Origin: Candidatus Methylomirabilia bacterium
Lineage (GTDB): Bacteria; Methylomirabilota; Methylomirabilia; Rokubacteriales; CSP1-6
DNA length: 24,834 nt
Direction: 5' to 3'
NCBI GenBank assembly: GCA_041496385.1
Contig: JBGQEL010000058.1
Span: 1-24,834 of the forward strand
Notes under the pieces: generated by a model
Told to the model about the DNA's origin: nothing
The model's database searches: none
What the model saw: only the letters and a program-made list of their open reading frames with translations
Made by a program: the position numbers and the translations under genes
Shown: piece by piece, positions 1-9,028 of the stretch
Layout: each line of letters starts with the position of its first letter
Numbering within the stretch: the stretch's first letter is position 1

Positions 1-122
1 AGCGGTGAGATGGCGCGTGGCGGTGCGAGCCGAGGCGGTTCGACCGGCGAGGCGAGCGGTGAGATGGCGCGTGGCGGTGCGAGCCGAGGCGGTTCGACCG
101 GCGAGGCGAGCGGTGAGATGGC
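1..122. repeat. 54-bp perfect tandem repeat (2 full units, 1-54 and 55-108, plus partial 109-122) overlapping the trpB start; probably continues left of the window
   Basis: AGCGGTGAGATGGCGCGTGGCGGTGCGAGCCGAGGCGGTTCGACCGGCGAGGCG occurs twice exactly, followed by AGCGGTGAGATGGC. In-frame ATGs at 10, 64 and 118. Confidence 0.95.
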
Positions 123-1317
123 TCTGAAACTGCCGGACGCGCGGGGCCACTTCGGGCGCTACGGCGGGCGCTTCGTGCCGGAGACGCTCATGGCGCCGCT
201 GATCGCGCTCGAGCGCGCGTACGCCCGCGCGAAGCGCGACCGGAAGTTCCAGGCGCGCCTGGCCGGCCTGCTCGCGGACTACGCCGGCCGGCCGACGCCC
301 CTCTACGCCGCCGCGCGGCTCGGCGAGCAGTGCGGCGGCGCGCGCATCTACCTGAAACGAGAGGATCTCTGCCACACCGGCGCGCACAAGATCAACAACG
401 TCCTGGGCCAGGCGCTCCTCGCCGAGCGTATGGGCAAGCGTCGGGTGATCGCCGAGACGGGCGCGGGCCAGCACGGCGTCGCGACGGCGACGGCGGCGGC
501 GCTGCTCGGGCTCGAGTGCGAGGTCTACATGGGCGCCGAGGACATCGAGCGCCAGGCGCTGAACGTCTTCCGCATGCGGCTCCTGGGCGCGCGCGTGATC
601 CCCGTCGAGGCGGGGAGCCGGACCCTCAAGGACGCGATCAACGAGGCGCTGCGCGACTGGGTCACGAACGTGCGCACGACGTACTACCTCCTGGGCTCGG
701 CGCTCGGCCCGCACCCGTACCCGATGATGGTCCGTGACTTCCATACCGTGATCGGCAAGGAGACGCGGCGGCAGGCGCTGAAGGCGCTCGGGCGGCTGCC
801 CGACGCGCTGGTCGCGTGCGTGGGCGGGGGCTCGAACGCGATCGGCCTCTTCCACCCGTTCATCGGTGATCGGCGCGTGCGGATCGTCGGCGTCGAGCCC
901 GGCGGCGAGGGGATCGCGTCGGGCCGCCACGGCGCCTCGATGACGGCGGGACACGTCGGCGTCCTGCACGGGTGCATGAGCTACCTCCTCCAGAGCGACG
1001 ACGGCCAGATCGCCACGGCGCACTCGATCTCGGCGGGGCTCGACTATCCGGGCGTCGGGCCCGAGCACGCCTACTACCGCGACGCGGGCCGGTTCGAGTT
1101 CGTCTCGGTGACGGACGAGGAGGCGCTCGAGGGCTTCCAGGCGCTGACGCGCCTCGAGGGCATCATGCCCGCGCTCGAGTCGGCGCACGCCGTCGCCCAC
1201 GCGATGCGGCTGGCCAAGACGCTCCCGAAGTCGAAGGCGATCGTGGTGGGCCTCTCCGGCCGCGGCGACAAGGACGTGCACGTGGTCGCGAAGGCGCTCG
1301 GCACGGAGGTCGGGTGA
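118..1317 (+). CDS. trpB: Tryptophan synthase beta chain
   Basis: Motifs [28 protein letters not shown] (PLP lysine), [40 protein letters not shown]. Start placed at ATG 118; the upstream in-frame ATGs at 10 and 64 lie in the repeat. Confidence 0.97.
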   Translation: MALKLPDARGHFGRYGGRFVPETLMAPLIALERAYARAKRDRKFQARLAGLLADYAGRPTPLYAAARLGEQCGGARIYLKREDLCHTGAHKINNVLGQALLAERMGKRRVIAETGAGQHGVATATAAALLGLECEVYMGAEDIERQALNVFRMRLLGARVIPVEAGSRTLKDAINEALRDWVTNVRTTYYLLGSALGPHPYPMMVRDFHTVIGKETRRQALKALGRLPDALVACVGGGSNAIGLFHPFIGDRRVRIVGVEPGGEGIASGRHGASMTAGHVGVLHGCMSYLLQSDDGQIATAHSISAGLDYPGVGPEHAYYRDAGRFEFVSVTDEEALEGFQALTRLEGIMPALESAHAVAHAMRLAKTLPKSKAIVVGLSGRGDKDVHVVAKALGTEVG

Positions 1318-2177
1318 TGCCCGCCCCCGCGACGAGGTCCCGGCTCGGCGAGACCTTCGAGCACCTCCGGGCGCGGGGCGAGCGCGCGCTCGTCGCGTAC
1401 TTCACCGCCGGCGACCCGTCGCTCGACGTGACGCGGCGGCTCGTGCTCGAGGCGGCGCGCCGCGGCGCCGACGTCGTCGAGCTGGGCGTGCCGTTCTCCG
1501 ACCCGCTCGCCGACGGCCCCGTGATCCAGCGCGCGGCGATGCGGGCCCTCGAGCGGGGGACCTCGGTCGCGCGCGTCCTCGAGACGGTCGCGACGCTCCG
1601 GGCGGAGACGCGCGTGCCGATCGTGCTCCTCACGTACTACAACCCCGTCCTCGCCTTCGGCCTGAAGGCCTTCGCGCGCACCGCGGCCGACGCGGGCGTG
1701 GACGGCGTGATCGTCGCCGACCTGCCGCCCGAGGAGGCGGACCCGCTCGCGGCCGAGGCCGAGGCGGCGGGGCTCGACCTCGTCCACCTCGTGGCGCCGA
1801 CCTCCACGCCCGAGCGCGTGCGTCTGATCGCGCGCCGGAGCCGCGGCTTCATCTACCTCGTCTCGCTCACCGGCGTGACGGGGGAGCGGCGGGAGCTGCC
1901 GCGCGATCTCGCCGAGCAGATCCGGACGCTCCGGCTCGTCACCACCATGCCCGTCTGCGTCGGGTTCGGCATCTCCCGCCCGGAACAGGTCGCGGCGGTC
2001 GGACGCCTGGCCGACGGTGTGATCGTGGGCTCGGCCATCGTGCGCCTGGTCGAAGCGCGGGCCGACTCGCGCACGCTGGTCGAAGACGTCGGCGCGTTCA
2101 TCGCCGAATTGAAAGCGCCGTTGCGTCCTGGAGGGGGAGACCGCGAGCCCTCCCCGGCCGGCAAGAGGCCGAGGTAG
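1317..2177 (+). CDS. trpA: Tryptophan synthase alpha chain
   Basis: Motifs YFTAGDP, ELGVPFSDPLADGPVIQ, TYYNP, VSLTGVTG, VGFGIS, DGVIVGSAIV. ATG overlaps the trpB stop (TGATG). Confidence 0.96.
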   Translation: MPAPATRSRLGETFEHLRARGERALVAYFTAGDPSLDVTRRLVLEAARRGADVVELGVPFSDPLADGPVIQRAAMRALERGTSVARVLETVATLRAETRVPIVLLTYYNPVLAFGLKAFARTAADAGVDGVIVADLPPEEADPLAAEAEAAGLDLVHLVAPTSTPERVRLIARRSRGFIYLVSLTGVTGERRELPRDLAEQIRTLRLVTTMPVCVGFGISRPEQVAAVGRLADGVIVGSAIVRLVEARADSRTLVEDVGAFIAELKAPLRPGGGDREPSPAGKRPR

Positions 2178-2183
2178 CCCTGG

Positions 2184-3044
2184 ATGGCCTGGTTCAAGCG
2201 GAAGACGGACGGGTCCGAGGGCAAGGCGAGCCGCGTCGTGATCGCCGAGGGCCTCTGGATCAAGTGCGACTCCTGCAAGGAGATCGTCTACCGCGCGGAG
2301 GTGGAGCGCGCCGGGCGCGTCTGCCCCAAGTGTCACTATCCCTTTCGCGTCTCGGCGCGCGAGCGCATCGCGCTTCTGGCCGATCCGGGCTCGTTCGAGG
2401 AGCGCGACACGAATCTCGAATCCACCGACCCGCTTGCCTTCAAGGACACCAAGCGGTATCGCGACCGGATCCGCGCCGCCGTGCAGAAGACGCGGACCGA
2501 CGAGGCGGTCGTCACCGGCGTGGCGCGCGTCGGCGGGCTCCCCGCGGTCCTCTGCGCCTTCGAGTTCGGCTTTCTGGGCGGCAGCATGGGGTCGGTCGTC
2601 GGCGAGAAGCTGACGCGCGCGATCGAGCTCGCCGTCGACAAGCACCTGCCGGTCGTCATCGTCTCGGCCTCGGGCGGCGCGCGGATGCAGGAGGGCATTC
2701 TCTCGCTCATGCAGATGGCGAAGACGTCGGCCGCCCTCCAGCGTCTGGCCGAGCGGCGGCTGCCCTACGTGTCGATCCTGACCGACCCGACGACGGGCGG
2801 CGTCACCGCGAGCTTCGCGATGCTGGGCGATGTGATCATGGCCGAGCCGCGCGCGCTGATCGGCTTCGCGGGGCCGCGCGTGATCGCCGAGACGATCCGC
2901 CAGCCCCTCCCGGAAGGCTTCCAGCGCTCGGAGTTCCTGCTGGAGCACGGCCAGATCGATTTCATCGTCGAGCGCCGCGAGCTCAAGGAGACGCTGCGCC
3001 GCGTCCTCGCCTTCTTCGCCGACCAGCCCTCCCAGCCGGCGTAG
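2184..3044 (+). CDS. accD: Acetyl-CoA carboxylase carboxyltransferase beta subunit
   Basis: Zn finger (WIKCDSC...VCPKC), GGSMGSVVGEK, SGGARMQEG, PTTGGVTASFA, GFAGPRVI. Canonical trpA-accD-folC order. Confidence 0.97.
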   Translation: MAWFKRKTDGSEGKASRVVIAEGLWIKCDSCKEIVYRAEVERAGRVCPKCHYPFRVSARERIALLADPGSFEERDTNLESTDPLAFKDTKRYRDRIRAAVQKTRTDEAVVTGVARVGGLPAVLCAFEFGFLGGSMGSVVGEKLTRAIELAVDKHLPVVIVSASGGARMQEGILSLMQMAKTSAALQRLAERRLPYVSILTDPTTGGVTASFAMLGDVIMAEPRALIGFAGPRVIAETIRQPLPEGFQRSEFLLEHGQIDFIVERRELKETLRRVLAFFADQPSQPA

Positions 3045-3051
3045 CCCGCCC

Positions 3052-4377
3052 GTGACGTACGCCGAGGCGGTCGCGCGGCTCACCGCCCTCCGCGGCGGCG
3101 AGCACGCGGGCATGCGGCCGGGCCTCGAGCGCATCGAGGCGCTCTGCGACGCGCTCGGCCGCCCCGAGCGGCGATACCGGCTCGTGCAGGTCGGGGGCAC
3201 GAACGGCAAGGGCTCGATCGCGGCGCTGCTGGCCACGATGCTCAAGGCCGCCGGGCGGCGCGTCGGCCTCTACACCTCGCCGCACCTCGTTTCGTTCCGC
3301 GAGCGCATCCGGATCGACGGCGAGGCGATCGCCGAGGACGCCGTCGTCGACGGCGTCGAAGCGCTCGGCACGCTCGTGGCGCGGTTCGACGCCACGATGT
3401 TCGAGGCGACGACGGCGCTGGCGCTCGATCACTTCGCGCGCGAGGCGGTGGACACGGCCGTGCTCGAGGTGGGACTCGGCGGCCGGCTCGACGCGACGAC
3501 GGTCGGCGCGCCCGCGGTGACCGTGATCGCGCGCGTGGACCTGGACCACCGGGAGATCCTCGGCTCCACGCTCGCGGAGATCGCCGCGGAGAAGGCGGCC
3601 ATCGTCCGGAGCGGCGTCGCGATCGCCGCGGCCCAGGCGCCGGAGGCGGAGGCGGTCATCGTGGAGCGCGCGGCCCGCGCCGGCGTCCCGCTTCTCCTCG
3701 CCGGGCGCGACCTCCACGTCGGCGTCGGGCGCCGCGGTCTCGATGGTCAGGCGATCGCGTGTGCCGGCCCCGGCTGGTCGCTCGCCGACCTGCACCTCGG
3801 ACTCCTCGGGACGTTTCAGCCCGACAACGCGCTGCTCGCCGTCGCCGCGGCGCGCGAGCTGGGCGTCGGCGAGGCGGCCATTCGCGACGGTCTCGCGCGC
3901 ACGCGGTGGCCGGGACGCTTCCAGCTGATCCCGCGCCGTCCCGTCCCGGGCGGCTGGCTCATCCTCGACGGCGCCCACAACCCGGCGGGCGCGCGCGCGC
4001 TCGCCCTGTCGCTCCGGGAGCATTTCGGAGACGCGGCGCTCACGCTCGTGCTCTCTATCCTCCGCGACAAGGACGCGCCCGCGATCATGGCGGAGCTGAC
4101 GCCCCGCGCGCGCCGCGTCGTCCTGACCGCCTCGTCGAACCCCCGCGCGGTGTCGCCCGGGGATCTTCGCGCGGCCCTGTCCCCCGGCGTTCGCGAGGTT
4201 GCAATTGCGGCGACACCGCCGGAAGCGCTAGCCCTCGCGGCCCGGGCGCCCGGCACCCACAACATTTGCGTGGCCGGCTCTCTCTCACTCATCGGCGACG
4301 TCCTCCGCGTGCTCGCCGGGGGCGATAAACCTTGCTCGATCGAAAAGGGGGCTGATAGCATTGAGTCCCTTTTCTGA
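3052..4377 (+). CDS. folC: Bifunctional folylpolyglutamate synthase/dihydrofolate synthase
   Basis: GTNGKGS, YTSPHL, EVGLGGRLDAT, WPGRFQ, LDGAHNPAG, VAGSLSL. GTG start. Confidence 0.95.
   Translation: MTYAEAVARLTALRGGEHAGMRPGLERIEALCDALGRPERRYRLVQVGGTNGKGSIAALLATMLKAAGRRVGLYTSPHLVSFRERIRIDGEAIAEDAVVDGVEALGTLVARFDATMFEATTALALDHFAREAVDTAVLEVGLGGRLDATTVGAPAVTVIARVDLDHREILGSTLAEIAAEKAAIVRSGVAIAAAQAPEAEAVIVERAARAGVPLLLAGRDLHVGVGRRGLDGQAIACAGPGWSLADLHLGLLGTFQPDNALLAVAAARELGVGEAAIRDGLARTRWPGRFQLIPRRPVPGGWLILDGAHNPAGARALALSLREHFGDAALTLVLSILRDKDAPAIMAELTPRARRVVLTASSNPRAVSPGDLRAALSPGVREVAIAATPPEALALAARAPGTHNICVAGSLSLIGDVLRVLAGGDKPCSIEKGADSIESLF
4332..4361 (+). promoter_or_regulatory. Putative sigma70 promoter for lptD, embedded in the folC 3' end
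   Basis: TTGCTC (4332-4337), 18-nt spacer, TAGCAT (4356-4361), with extended -10 TG at 4353-4354. AT-rich patch in a very GC-rich background. Confidence 0.6.
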
Positions 4378-4397
4378 CAAGGACTTTCGAGACACCG

Positions 4398-6611
4398 ATG
4401 ACGCGAATCCGCGCTGCGATTCTTCTCCTCACCCTGCTCCTCGCGGCGGGTCCCTCCCCGTCGGCGGCCCAGGCGCCGGCGGCGGTCGCTGTCAAGACAG
4501 CCGGGGGTGACGTGACGATCCTGGCCGACCGCCTCGAGCAGGTGGGCGGGGACAACCTGCTGGTGGCGACCGGCAACGTCGAGGTGACGCGCGGCACGGC
4601 GCGCCTCATGGCCGATCGAGTCGAGATCAACCGCGAGACGGGCGACGCCACCGCGCAGGGACGCGTGATCTTCTACGACGGCGAGGACCGGCTGACCGGC
4701 GACCGCATCGAATACAACATCAAGACGGGGACCGGCGTCGTCTACCAGGGACGCCTCCAGGCCGCGCCGTACTACCGCATCGGCGGCGAGCGCCTGGAAC
4801 GCCTCGGCGAGAGCGTCTACCGGGTGCGTCGCGGCGTCTTCACCACGTGCGACGACGACGAGTCGCCGGCGTGGTCGTTCCGTTTCGGGGACGCGACCGC
4901 GGACCTCGAGGAGCTCATCTACGGCACGAACGCCTCCTTCTGGGTGAAGGACGTCCCGCTCATCCCGTTCCTGCCGTTCTTCGCCGCCGCGATCCGCCGC
5001 GAGCGCCAGACGGGCTTCCTGCCGCCGAAGTTCGGCTCGTCGACGCGCAAGGGCGTCTTCGGGGAGGTGCCGTTCTTCTGGGCGATCTCGGACAGCCAGG
5101 ACGCGACCGTGGCGCTGGACTACTACTCGTCGCGGGGCTACGGCGCCTCGGCGGAGTACCGCTACGTCCTCTCGGAGCGACAGTTCGGCGCGGTGAGCGG
5201 GTTCTTCGTGCACGAGGAGCAGCAGCAAGGCGACAACCGGGGCTACGGGCGCTTCCAGCACGACTGGAACCTCGGGCCGGGCTCCACCCTCCGAGTCGAC
5301 ATCAACGGCGTGTCGGACGACGGCGTCCTCCGGCTCTACGAGGACAGCTCCTCGCGGCGCCTCGCGCAGCGGGCGGACTCGAACGTCTTCTACACGCGCA
5401 GCTGGCAGAACTGGAACTTCGTCGGCCGCGTCTACGCGTACCAGGACCTGACCTCGCCGCTTCCGGTCGAGCTCCAGCGCCTGCCGGAGCTCACGCTGCA
5501 GGGCGTCCGCCAGCCCATCCCCGGGCTGCCCGGGTTCCTCTACGAGACCAACGCGACGGCCACCTACTTCTTCCGCGAGCTCGGCTCCGACGGCACGCGC
5601 GTCGACGTCCACCCGCGCGTGTCCCGCCCGATTCCGCTCGAGGGCTACGCCACCGTGACGCCGTTCGTCGGCGGCCGCCTCACCTACTACGACCGCACGG
5701 TGACGGACACGGGCTACAAGGAGGGGATCTTCATCGAGCACACGTCCGCGGAGAGCCGCCTGCGGCAGCTCGGCGAGGTCGGCGCCGACGCCGAGACGCG
5801 CGCCACGCGCGTCTATCAGGCCGGCGGCCTCTGGGGGCTGCAGAGCGTGCTCCACGCGATCGAGCCGCGCACGCACTACATCCGCATCTTCGGTCAGAAT
5901 TTCTACAGCCTGCCCGTCTGGACCGACCGGGTCGATCGCATACCCGAGGCGAACTGGCTCGAGTACTCGGTGACGAACCGCCTGTACGGCCGGACGCTGG
6001 CCCCGGAGGGGACCGAGGCGACGCGGGCCGAGTTGGTGCGCTTCCGCGTGGGGCACGCGTATGATATCGAGAACGACCGATGGGGCAATCTCGCAGGCGA
6101 CCTGATCTTCCAGCCGGTCAAGGCGTTCAGCTTCCGGAGCGACGTGAGCTATAGCGTGGAGCACGGGGTCTTCCAGGCGTTCACGACCGATATGTCGGTC
6201 AACATGCCGTACGTGACCGCGAACGTCGGGACCCGGTACGACCGCCGGCAGGCGTTCGTCCCCGAGTTCGTCGAGATCCCCGGCACCTGGAATCCCGGGG
6301 GCGCGATCCCCGATCGCGCGTCGGTCAACTTCGTCCAGGGCGGCCTCAGCGCCGAGGTCTTCCGCAATCTGATCGCGCGCGCCAGCACGAACTGGGACGT
6401 GCGCAGCGACACGTTCGTCGAGAGCCGTTTCGGGATCGACTTCAAGTTCCAGTGCTGGGCGCTCCTGGTCGAGTACATCCGGCGCGGCAGCGAGGCCGCG
6501 GGGCGCAACAGCGACAACGAGTTCCGCTTCTCGCTGAACCTGCTCGGCACGGGCGGCGCCATCGGCACGCGCGTCGGCGCGAGCGACACGGGAGGGGTGC
6601 GTCTGAAATGA
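4398..6611 (+). CDS. lptD: LPS-assembly protein LptD
   Basis: Signal peptide; OstA-like beta-jellyroll (ILADRL, ATGNVEV, ADRVE, GRVIF); FTTC; RQTGFLPP; PFFWAI; C-terminal QCW and FSLNLLG. 737 aa. Confidence 0.9.
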   Translation: MTRIRAAILLLTLLLAAGPSPSAAQAPAAVAVKTAGGDVTILADRLEQVGGDNLLVATGNVEVTRGTARLMADRVEINRETGDATAQGRVIFYDGEDRLTGDRIEYNIKTGTGVVYQGRLQAAPYYRIGGERLERLGESVYRVRRGVFTTCDDDESPAWSFRFGDATADLEELIYGTNASFWVKDVPLIPFLPFFAAAIRRERQTGFLPPKFGSSTRKGVFGEVPFFWAISDSQDATVALDYYSSRGYGASAEYRYVLSERQFGAVSGFFVHEEQQQGDNRGYGRFQHDWNLGPGSTLRVDINGVSDDGVLRLYEDSSSRRLAQRADSNVFYTRSWQNWNFVGRVYAYQDLTSPLPVELQRLPELTLQGVRQPIPGLPGFLYETNATATYFFRELGSDGTRVDVHPRVSRPIPLEGYATVTPFVGGRLTYYDRTVTDTGYKEGIFIEHTSAESRLRQLGEVGADAETRATRVYQAGGLWGLQSVLHAIEPRTHYIRIFGQNFYSLPVWTDRVDRIPEANWLEYSVTNRLYGRTLAPEGTEATRAELVRFRVGHAYDIENDRWGNLAGDLIFQPVKAFSFRSDVSYSVEHGVFQAFTTDMSVNMPYVTANVGTRYDRRQAFVPEFVEIPGTWNPGGAIPDRASVNFVQGGLSAEVFRNLIARASTNWDVRSDTFVESRFGIDFKFQCWALLVEYIRRGSEAAGRNSDNEFRFSLNLLGTGGAIGTRVGASDTGGVRLK

Positions 6612-7705
6612 TCCCGTTCATCGACCTGACGCGCCAGCACGCGGCGCTCCGCGCGGAGCTGCTCGACGCCGCGGCCCGCGTCCTGGACTCCAGCCAGTTC
6701 GTCCTCGGCGGCGAGGGCCGGGCGCTCGAGGCGGCGCTCGCCGCGCGCCACGGCGTGCGCCACGCGCTCGGCGTGGCCTCGGGGACCGACGCGCTCCGCC
6801 TGGCGCTCGTGGCGCTCGACGTCGGGCCGGGCGACGAGGTGCTGACGCCCGCGTTCTCGTTCGTCGCGTCCGCGACCACGATCCAGATGGTCGGGGCGCG
6901 GGCGGTCTTCGTGGACATCGAGCCCCAGACCTTCGCGCTCGACGTCGCGGCCGCCGAGCGCGCGATCACGCCGCGCACGCGCGCGATCGTGGCCGTCCAC
7001 CTCTACGGCCACCCGGCGCCGATGGACCGGGTCCAGGCGCTCGCGCGCGCGCACCGGCTGGCCGTCGTCGAGGACGCCGCGCAGGCCGTCGGCGCGTCGT
7101 GGGCGGGACGGCCGGTCGGCGGTTGGGGGGACCTCACGTGCCTGTCCTTCTATCCCACGAAGAACCTGGGCGCGTGCGGCGACGGCGGCATGGTCCTGAC
7201 CGACCGGGACGACCTCGCCGAGCGGCTGCGCCGCCTCCGGCACCACGGCGACGTCGGGCGGTATCAGCACGTCGAGCTCGGCTACTGCAGCCGGCTCGAC
7301 GAGCTGCAGGCCGCGCTGCTCCGGGTCAAGCTCCGTCGCCTCGAGGCATGGACCGAGCGGCGGCGGGCGCTCGCCGCCCGTTACCAGGCGCGCCTCGCGG
7401 GACTCGAGCTCGCGCTGCCGGTCGAGCGGCCGCAGGCCCGTCACATCTACCACCTGTTCACCGTGCGACACCCGCAGCGCGACGCGTTCGTGAAGGCGCT
7501 CGCCGACCTCGGGGTCGCCACGGCGGTGCACTATCCGCTCCCCGTCCCGGGCCAGCCGGCCTTCGGGGGCGGCGGCGAGCGCGAGTTCCCCGAGGCGTGG
7601 CGGGCCGCGCGGGAGGTGGTGTCGCTGCCGTGCTTCCCGGAGCTGACCGACGACGAATCGGAGGCGGTCGCGCTCGCCGTACGGCGGGCGTGCGACCGTG
7701 TGTGA
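6608..7705 (+). CDS. DegT/DnrJ/EryC1/StrS family PLP-dependent sugar aminotransferase
   Basis: MIPFIDL, SGTDAL, GDEV, VHLYGHPA, EDAAQA, SFYPTKNLGACGDGG, SRLDELQAA, SLP. ATGA overlap with the lptD stop. Confidence 0.93.
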   Translation: MIPFIDLTRQHAALRAELLDAAARVLDSSQFVLGGEGRALEAALAARHGVRHALGVASGTDALRLALVALDVGPGDEVLTPAFSFVASATTIQMVGARAVFVDIEPQTFALDVAAAERAITPRTRAIVAVHLYGHPAPMDRVQALARAHRLAVVEDAAQAVGASWAGRPVGGWGDLTCLSFYPTKNLGACGDGGMVLTDRDDLAERLRRLRHHGDVGRYQHVELGYCSRLDELQAALLRVKLRRLEAWTERRRALAARYQARLAGLELALPVERPQARHIYHLFTVRHPQRDAFVKALADLGVATAVHYPLPVPGQPAFGGGGEREFPEAWRAAREVVSLPCFPELTDDESEAVALAVRRACDRV

Positions 7706-7706
7706 G

Positions 7707-9023
7707 ATGGCCGCGATGAGCAGCGCCGACGCGCTCAGGCAACGGCTGTCCGGCTCGCCGACGGTGGGCGTCATCGGCCTCGGCTACGTCGGGCTGCCCC
7801 TGGCGGTCGCGTTCGCGGAGTCCGGCGCGCACGTCATCGGCGTCGACGTGGACCGGCGCCGTGTCGCGGGCGTGCGCGCGGGGCAGAGCTTCGTCGAGGA
7901 CGTGCCGACCGAGCAGCTCGGGCGCCTGGTCGCGGCGGGGCGCCTCGTCGCGACCGACGAGGTCGCGGCGCTGCGGGACGCCGACGCGATCGTCATCTGC
8001 GTGCCGACGCCGCTCGGCAAGTCGAAGGAGCCCGACATCTCGTTCATCGTGTCGGCCGCCGACGCGGTCGCCGGGATCCTCCGCGCGGGCCAGCTCGTGG
8101 CGCTCGAGTCCACGACGTATCCGGGCACGACCCAGGAGATCCTGCTGCCGCGCTTCGAGGCCCGCGGGCTCAAGGCCGGCCAGGATTTCTTCCTCGCCTT
8201 CTCGCCCGAGCGCATCGATCCGGGTAACCAGCGCTTCACGCTGCGCGACATTCCCAAGGTCGTGGGCGGGCTGACGCCCGCCTGCCAGGAGCTCGCCTCC
8301 GCGCTCTACGGGCGCGTCTCGCGCCAGGTCGTGCCGGTCTCGAACCCCGAGACGGCCGAGATGGTGAAGCTGTTCGAGAACACCTTCCGTTCTGTGAATA
8401 TCGCGCTGGTGAACGAGTTCGCGATCATGTGCAAGCGCCTCGGCGTCTCCGTGTGGGAGGTGATCGCCGGCGCGGCCACGAAGCCGTTCGGCTTCATGCC
8501 CTTCTACCCCGGGCCGGGGCTCGGTGGGCACTGCCTGCCGTCGGACCCGCACTACCTCTCGTGGAAGGTGCGCCTCGAGGGCTACGAGCCGCGCTTCATC
8601 ACGTTCGCCGACGAGATCAACCGCGCGATGCCGGAGTACGTCGTCCAGCTCGTGTCCGACGCGCTCAACGACCGGAGCCGCGCGCTCCGCGGGACGGACA
8701 TCCTGGTGCTCGGCGTGGCCTACAAGGCCAACGTCGCCGACACGCGCGACTCGCCCGCCATCGAGATCCTCGCGCGCCTCGCCGCCAAGGGGGCGCGGGT
8801 GACCTACCACGACCCGCACGTGCCCTCGCTCGCCGTCGAGCAACGGACGTTCGAGTCGGTCGCGTGGGAGCGGGCCGCGCTCGGCGCGCGCGACGTCGTG
8901 CTCGTGCTCGCGGCGCACGCCTTCTACGACTGGGCCGCCATCGTGCGCGAGGCGCGCCTCGTCGTGGACACGCGCAACGCCACCGGCAGCCTCCCGCCCG
9001 CCGCGAACGTCATCCGTCTCTAG
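7707..9023 (+). CDS. UDP-glucose/GDP-mannose dehydrogenase family protein (WecC/WbpA-like UDP-HexNAc 6-dehydrogenase)
   Basis: GLGYVGLPLA Rossmann motif, ICVPTP, ESTTYPGTT, FSPERIDPGN, KLFENTFRSVNIA, GPGLGGHCLP, LGVAYKANVADTRDSP. Start at 7707 or 7716. Confidence 0.93.
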   Translation: MAAMSSADALRQRLSGSPTVGVIGLGYVGLPLAVAFAESGAHVIGVDVDRRRVAGVRAGQSFVEDVPTEQLGRLVAAGRLVATDEVAALRDADAIVICVPTPLGKSKEPDISFIVSAADAVAGILRAGQLVALESTTYPGTTQEILLPRFEARGLKAGQDFFLAFSPERIDPGNQRFTLRDIPKVVGGLTPACQELASALYGRVSRQVVPVSNPETAEMVKLFENTFRSVNIALVNEFAIMCKRLGVSVWEVIAGAATKPFGFMPFYPGPGLGGHCLPSDPHYLSWKVRLEGYEPRFITFADEINRAMPEYVVQLVSDALNDRSRALRGTDILVLGVAYKANVADTRDSPAIEILARLAAKGARVTYHDPHVPSLAVEQRTFESVAWERAALGARDVVLVLAAHAFYDWAAIVREARLVVDTRNATGSLPPAANVIRL

Positions 9024-9028
9024 GCCGC

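Noticed and set aside
10..117. Genuine 36-aa N-terminal extension of TrpB
   Set aside because: It is simply the translated DNA repeat, and TrpB similarity begins after ATG 118. Use of the upstream ATGs cannot be excluded but is unsupported.
1..122. CRISPR array, tRNA fragment (GGTTCGA) or trp attenuator
   Set aside because: Units are identical with no variable spacers; there is no cloverleaf around GGTTCGA; there is no Trp-rich leader peptide or U-tract terminator.
2130..2170. GGAGGG/CCCTCC stem in the trpA tail as a terminator or REP
   Set aside because: Short stem in GC-rich coding DNA, no U-tract, and no second copy seen in the window.
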